Shown: positions 59,295 to 64,000 of the stretch, piece after piece | Position numbering within the stretch: the first letter of the stretch is position 1 | How the letters are laid out: the number at the start of each line of letters is the position of its first letter | DNA from: Nitrospirota bacterium | Lineage (GTDB): Bacteria > Nitrospirota > Thermodesulfovibrionia > Thermodesulfovibrionales > JdFR-86 | Assembly (NCBI GenBank): GCA_963721805.1 | Contig: CAVRJY010000004.1 | Span: 192,001-256,000, forward strand | Direction of reading: 5' to 3' | DNA length: 64,000 bases | Translations under genes and position numbers: made by a program | The notes under the pieces: generated by a model | What the model was told of the DNA's origin: nothing | Databases searched by the model: none | The model's input: only the letters and a program-made list of their open reading frames with translations

Positions 59295-59333
59295 AAAAAG
59301 AATAGCCCCCGCATGCTCGTGCATGCGGGGGCT
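59295..59333 (-). terminator. Intrinsic terminator after cheW
   Basis: 13-bp stem agcccccgcatgc/gcatgcgggggct followed by attcttttt on the minus strand. Confidence 0.7.
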
Positions 59334-59355
59334 CCATAGCTTTTATTGCTACGCC

Positions 59356-59841
59356 TTACTCTCCTGCGGCAGAGACCGCTTGAAGCTCCACCTCCGAAAA
59401 CACCCTGTCGATGTCCAGCAGCAGGATGAAGTTGTCGTTGTGCTTGCCCATCCCCTTTAAAAACGCGGTGTTAAGGTGAGTCCCGATCCGGGGCGCGGGC
59501 TCTATCTGCTCCGGCGAGAGGTCAAAGACCTCACGCACAGAGTCCGCCATCGCCCCGATCATCGCGTGCTCGTCCCCGAGCGCGACCTCGGTGATTATGA
59601 TGCAGGTGTTTATGCCACGCTCGGTGCGCGGCATCCCGAACTTGAGCTTCAGGTCCACGACCGGCACCACCCCGCCGCGCAGGTTTATCACCCCGCGCAT
59701 GAAATCCGGCGTCTGCGGCACCTTCGTCGGCTCGGTATAGTCCAGCACCTCCCTGACCTTCGATATGTCCAGCGCAAAGACCTCGCCCCCCAGCGTGAAG
59801 GACAGGTACTGCGACGTCTGCGTTATGTTAGCCACGCTCAT
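59356..59841 (-). CDS. cheW: Chemotaxis coupling protein
   Basis: QYLSFTL, VPQTPDFMRGVINLRG.VVPVVDL. Confidence 0.95.
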   Translation of the reverse strand: MSVANITQTSQYLSFTLGGEVFALDISKVREVLDYTEPTKVPQTPDFMRGVINLRGGVVPVVDLKLKFGMPRTERGINTCIIITEVALGDEHAMIGAMADSVREVFDLSPEQIEPAPRIGTHLNTAFLKGMGKHNDNFILLLDIDRVFSEVELQAVSAAGE

Positions 59842-59843
59842 GG

Positions 59844-61511
59844 TTATAACCTCTCGAACTCGTCGTCGCTGCGGTCGCGTGCCCCGGTCATGTCGATGCG
59901 CACCCCGCCGGGCTTGGGCGCGGTCTTCGCCAGATGGGCTATCGCGACATGTTTGGGAGCCGCCTTAGGCGCCATCGGCCTCCGCGCCTGGCGCTTCGCA
60001 CCAGCGGTATCGACCTTGAAGAAACTTATCGTATCCTGGAGCTGCTCGGCCTGCGAGCTGAGCTCCTCGCTCGTCGAGGCCATCTCCTCCGAGGCCGAGG
60101 CGTTTTGCTGCGTGACCTGATCTAGCTGCTGAATAGCCTTGTTGATCTGCTCCGCCCCGATGTTCTGCTCCCTGGATGCCGCGCTGATCTCGGCCACGAG
60201 CTCGGCGGTCTTCTGTATGTCCGGAACGAGCTTTGCGAGCATCTGCCCGGCGTTAGCCGCGATGTCCACGCTAGTGGACGAAAGCTCGGTGATCTCCCCG
60301 GCGGCCTGCTGAGAGCGCTCCGCGAGCTTGCGCACCTCGGCCGCGACGACCGCGAAGCCCTTGCCGTGCTCCCCGGCGCGCGCGGCCTCGATGGCCGCGT
60401 TTAGCGCAAGCAGGTTCGTCTGGCGGGAAATCTCCTCAATTATGCCTATCTTATCCGCTATCTGCTTCATAGCGGCTACGGCCTGCACCACCGACTCTCC
60501 GCTTTCGTGCGCGTCATCGGCCGCCTTCCTTGCGATCTTCTCGGTCTGCATCGCGTTATCAGCGCTCTGCTTGATGTTGGAGGCCATCTCCTCCATCGAG
60601 CTCGAGGCCTCCTCGGCGGCCGAGGCCTGCTCCGTCGAGCCCTGCGACATCTCCTCGGAGCTCGCGCTTAACTCCTCTGCCCCGGAGGCGACGTTGTCGG
60701 CCGCACCTGCGACCTCGACCACTACCTCGCGTAGCTTCTCGGCCATCGCCTTCATCGCGGCCAGGAGCTTCCCGGCCTCGTCATGCCTGTCGACCGCGAT
60801 CTGGACGTTGAGGTCGCCCTCGGAGAGCCTCGTAGCTGCGGTGACGCTCTCGCCTATCGGAACTGTTATGCTGCGGGTAAGGAAAAGCGCGAACAGGGCC
60901 GAGATGGCGAGCGCCGCGCCAGCGATGCCGAACATCAAGGTGCGGGCGGTATTATAGCTCGAGACCGCCGCGCTGTAGCGCTCTTCGTTGCGCTCCCTCT
61001 GGTAGGCGATAAGCCTGTCGACCCCCTCTATCCATGCACGGACAGCTGGCCTCGCCTCCTTGTTCATTAATATGACCGCGTCGGAGTCCTTGCCGGCCAT
61101 CGAGAGGTCCGTCACCTTGTTGTTGAGCGGGCGGGCCTTATCTTGTAATTCCTTGACCTTATTTATTATCTCAAGCCCCTTTGAATCGTCCCTGGCCGTC
61201 ATGTCCTCGACCTTTTTGAAGGATGCATCATATTTTTCACGCTGCTCGCCTATCGCCTTGAGCTGTTCCTGCCGTGACTCGGCGTTATTAGTGAGCACTA
61301 TGTTTCTGAGGGCGATCGAGACCTCCCTTACCGCCTCGTTCATGTTGTTGGACTCATCGGCCCTGACATTATTGATCTTGACTATGCGGTCGAGGTGCTC
61401 CTGGATCGTGGACATGCTGTTTAAGGCAAGGCCCACCAGCAAGACCATCAGCACCATCACCGCACCGAATCCCGCGCTCAGACGCACACCTATCTTGACG
61501 TTCTTAAACAT
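59844..61511 (-). CDS. Methyl-accepting chemotaxis protein (4HB, HAMP, MA)
   Basis: Two TMs, [32 protein letters not shown]-terminal EFERL tail. Confidence 0.95.
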   Translation of the reverse strand: MFKNVKIGVRLSAGFGAVMVLMVLLVGLALNSMSTIQEHLDRIVKINNVRADESNNMNEAVREVSIALRNIVLTNNAESRQEQLKAIGEQREKYDASFKKVEDMTARDDSKGLEIINKVKELQDKARPLNNKVTDLSMAGKDSDAVILMNKEARPAVRAWIEGVDRLIAYQRERNEERYSAAVSSYNTARTLMFGIAGAALAISALFALFLTRSITVPIGESVTAATRLSEGDLNVQIAVDRHDEAGKLLAAMKAMAEKLREVVVEVAGAADNVASGAEELSASSEEMSQGSTEQASAAEEASSSMEEMASNIKQSADNAMQTEKIARKAADDAHESGESVVQAVAAMKQIADKIGIIEEISRQTNLLALNAAIEAARAGEHGKGFAVVAAEVRKLAERSQQAAGEITELSSTSVDIAANAGQMLAKLVPDIQKTAELVAEISAASREQNIGAEQINKAIQQLDQVTQQNASASEEMASTSEELSSQAEQLQDTISFFKVDTAGAKRQARRPMAPKAAPKHVAIAHLAKTAPKPGGVRIDMTGARDRSDDEFERL

Positions 61512-61666
61512 TTAAACCCTCCATGAAGTTGGCTCGCTCACTGATGCCCGGGCCGTATTGACCAGGAGCAAGCATAAACGAAAAAAACATTATTGTCAAT
61601 AAATATATAAATATTATATTTATTCTGCCGGTGCTATAATGAGACCACGTCAAAGGAGGGTTCGCA

Positions 61667-61870
61667 ATGTCAGAGGTAGGCTCAGCGACGGATTCGTCCT
61701 CAGCGCTCAGGGATGCGCAGCAGCAAGCTCAGCAACAGCAGGCGCAGCAGCAGGTTCAGCAGCAACAGCAGGCGCAGCAGCAACAGCAGACGCAGGACAG
61801 GCAGAGACAGGCCGAGCCCCGCGCAGAAGAGGCCCCGGAAAAGGGAAACGGCGTCAGCGTTTACGCCTGA
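61667..61870 (+). CDS. Small Gln-rich hypothetical protein
   Basis: TGcTATAAT extended -10, AGGAGG SD, mixed CAG/CAA tract, ends GNGVSVYA. Confidence 0.6.
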   Translation: MSEVGSATDSSSALRDAQQQAQQQQAQQQVQQQQQAQQQQQTQDRQRQAEPRAEEAPEKGNGVSVYA

Positions 61871-62589
61871 GGCGGGTCGAAGGCGATCAGCTCCTTTATG
61901 TGATCGTCGAGCAGCGCCGTAGCCTCGGCGCTGAGCCCGGTGAAGCGCACTGCCATGCCCGGCGGCACCGTGAGGCTCTCTGAAGAGACTTCCTTGAAGT
62001 ATATGACCTCGCCCCTGACGTGCATCGGCCGGTCGATCGGGAGGATGACCTCGACCTCTGTGCCGGTAGGGTAAGGGGGGTTGCGCCTGATGTATATGCC
62101 GCCCTTCGAGAGCGTGACTGAGTAGCAGATCTCGGGCTTTCCTCCGTCAACCACCAGGCCGACCTTGCATTCGTACGAGATGCGGATCTGCTCGCGCCGG
62201 TTGGAGCCGCTCGGGACCAGGCTTTCCTGCAGGATGCCGTGCAGGGTCTCGGCCGTGAAGGGCTTTTTTATGAGTCCGGCGCAGCCCAGGGCAGAGGTCT
62301 CGACGTACATCCTTTCGTCCGGAGAGGACGAGACCAGCACGACGGGGATGTCCGCGGTCTCGGCGGTGCCCTTCATATGCCTCAAGGTCTCGATCCCGCC
62401 AAGGCCGGGCATATTGACGTCCATCACCACGATATCCGGACGCCAGAGCCTCAGGAGCTTCAGGACCTCGATGCCGTTTTCGGCGATGATGGTCTTGGTG
62501 AAACCCATCTTCCTGAGCAGCAGCGCGATGTAGGATACGTATGTGCGGTTGTCGTCAACGAGCAGAATCTTCTTCGGCCTGTCCCCCAT
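61861..62589 (-). CDS. Response regulator with C-terminal PilZ domain
   Basis: LVDD, MDVNMP, KPF; RREQIR...TLSKGG...GMAVRF. Start probably ATG 62589. Confidence 0.88.
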   Translation of the reverse strand: MGDRPKKILLVDDNRTYVSYIALLLRKMGFTKTIIAENGIEVLKLLRLWRPDIVVMDVNMPGLGGIETLRHMKGTAETADIPVVLVSSSPDERMYVETSALGCAGLIKKPFTAETLHGILQESLVPSGSNRREQIRISYECKVGLVVDGGKPEICYSVTLSKGGIYIRRNPPYPTGTEVEVILPIDRPMHVRGEVIYFKEVSSESLTVPPGMAVRFTGLSAEATALLDDHIKELIAFDPPQA

Positions 62590-62713
62590 ACGCCTCAAGA
62601 ATATGCCGATCAGGGGGCGCATGTCAAGCACGCCGGGCAGCTCATGAGGCACGTCCGGGGCGGCTCCGCGGGTTAGATGAAAGGGGCGCGGGGTGAGCTG
62701 ACAGGAGGCGGTA

Positions 62714-64000
62714 TCAGTCGATTCTGGAGGCTGACTCCACGGTCTCGGCCGCGGCGTACAGGGCCGGGAGGTCCAGGATTAGCGCCACCGTGCCGTCGCC
62801 GAGGATCGTCGCGCCGGAGATGCCGTTTATGTCGCGGTACATGCGCCCGAGGGTCTTGATGACCGTCTGGTGCTGCCCGATCACCTTGTCCACGGCGAAG
62901 CCCACGCGCTGGTCCTCGACCCTTCCGATCACGACCTGCTCGATGTCGGGCTGCGGGCCGTCGATTATGAAGTGCTCCCTCATGCGGATATACGGGACTA
63001 CCTCGCCCCGGACGTTTACGGTGTGGCGGCCGTGGGCCGAGGCGATGTCAGAGCGGCTCAGTTCGACGCACTCCTCGACCGCGCCAAGGGCGATGACGAA
63101 GCGGCCGCCGCCGACCTCCACGAGCAGGCCGTCGATGATCGCGAGCGTAAGCGGGAGCCGCAGCGTGATCGTGGTGCCGAGCCCCCGTCTGCTCGTGACA
63201 TCGATCCTGCCGCGCAGGGCGTCGATGCCGCGTTTTACGACGTCCATCCCAACACCCCGGCCCGATACGTCCGTAACCTTACTGGCTGTCGAGAAACCGG
63301 GCATGAAGATGAGGGCGAATGTCTCTTTTTCAGAGAGCGCGGCGTCGGGCTGTACGAGGCCCTTCTCGACCCCCTTGGCGCGGATCACGGCCGGGTCGAT
63401 GCCCGCGCCGTCATCGACGATTTCTATAAGCACGTTCGCGCCGGAGTGTCTCGCCGAGAGGTGTATCGTTCCTTGCGGGGGCTTTCCGGCGGCTGCGCGC
63501 TCGTCCGGCATCTCGACCCCGTGGTCTATGCTGTTTCGGATCAGGTGCACGAGCGGGTCGTTCAGGCGCTCGATGACAGTTTTGTCCAGTTCGGTCTCGG
63601 CCCCTTCGGTCGTGAGCTGTATGTCCTTGCCGAGCTGGGCCGAGAGGTCGCGCACGAGCCGCCGGAACTTGCTGAAGGTGCTCCCGATCTGCACCATGCG
63701 GATGCTCATCGTGTTGTCGTGGAGATCGGCCGTCAGGCGCTCGACCTCCTCGGCGATGGCCCTGAGCACGTCGTCGTCGCGGCCGAGCGCGGTCTGCGTC
63801 AGGCTGGCCTGCACGGTGACGAGCTCCCCGACGAGGTCAACGAGGGTATCGAGCTTGCTCGACGGCACGCGGATCGTAGAGGCGGTCTCCTCCTTACGCC
63901 GCTCCTTGCGGATCTCCTTGACGGCCTTCTGCTCCTCGAGGGCCGAGGCTATCGCGCTCTCGGGCACTATGCCCTCGTCGACGAGGAGCGCGCCTATCGG
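62714..64000 (-). CDS. cheA: Chemotaxis histidine kinase (5' end outside window)
   Basis: LVDLVGELV, DPLVHLIRNSIDHG, GFSTA..VTDVSGRGVGMDVV, LPLTLAII, CheW domain. Confidence 0.96.
   Translation of the reverse strand, partial: PIGALLVDEGIVPESAIASALEEQKAVKEIRKERRKEETASTIRVPSSKLDTLVDLVGELVTVQASLTQTALGRDDDVLRAIAEEVERLTADLHDNTMSIRMVQIGSTFSKFRRLVRDLSAQLGKDIQLTTEGAETELDKTVIERLNDPLVHLIRNSIDHGVEMPDERAAAGKPPQGTIHLSARHSGANVLIEIVDDGAGIDPAVIRAKGVEKGLVQPDAALSEKETFALIFMPGFSTASKVTDVSGRGVGMDVVKRGIDALRGRIDVTSRRGLGTTITLRLPLTLAIIDGLLVEVGGGRFVIALGAVEECVELSRSDIASAHGRHTVNVRGEVVPYIRMREHFIIDGPQPDIEQVVIGRVEDQRVGFAVDKVIGQHQTVIKTLGRMYRDINGISGATILGDGTVALILDLPALYAAAETVESASRID

Overview
GC-rich bacterial chromosomal window (gene content fits a Gram-negative, motile, selenocysteine-using organism; lineage cannot be fixed from this alone). 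Left to right: end of a low-GC TPR/SEC-C gene; a flavin reductase/ferredoxin/hemerythrin cluster; core envelope genes (lptD, folC, ispE, TPR lipoprotein, TerC); a radical SAM/SPASM gene translationally coupled to an unannotated 20-aa four-Cys peptide (candidate new RiPP system); a ~14.9 kb integrase-less island inserted at tRNA-Leu(CAA), carrying a 4171-aa Gly-rich autotransporter and a YVTN lipoprotein; a polysaccharide locus (GT4s, AsnB, methyltransferases, Trm112-like, flippase); a UGA-recoded selenoprotein peroxiredoxin with a bacterioferritin-like gene; a soluble HK/CZB-chemoreceptor/RR module; an ArsR-controlled small Zn-ribbon gene with a possible second Sec codon; and a split chemotaxis cluster with cysC/cysQ/fumC. 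Five single-base frameshifts in three genes look like assembly indels. Many genes have a -10 hexamer 5-8 nt before the start codon, suggesting frequent leaderless mRNAs. No CRISPR array or rRNA seen.
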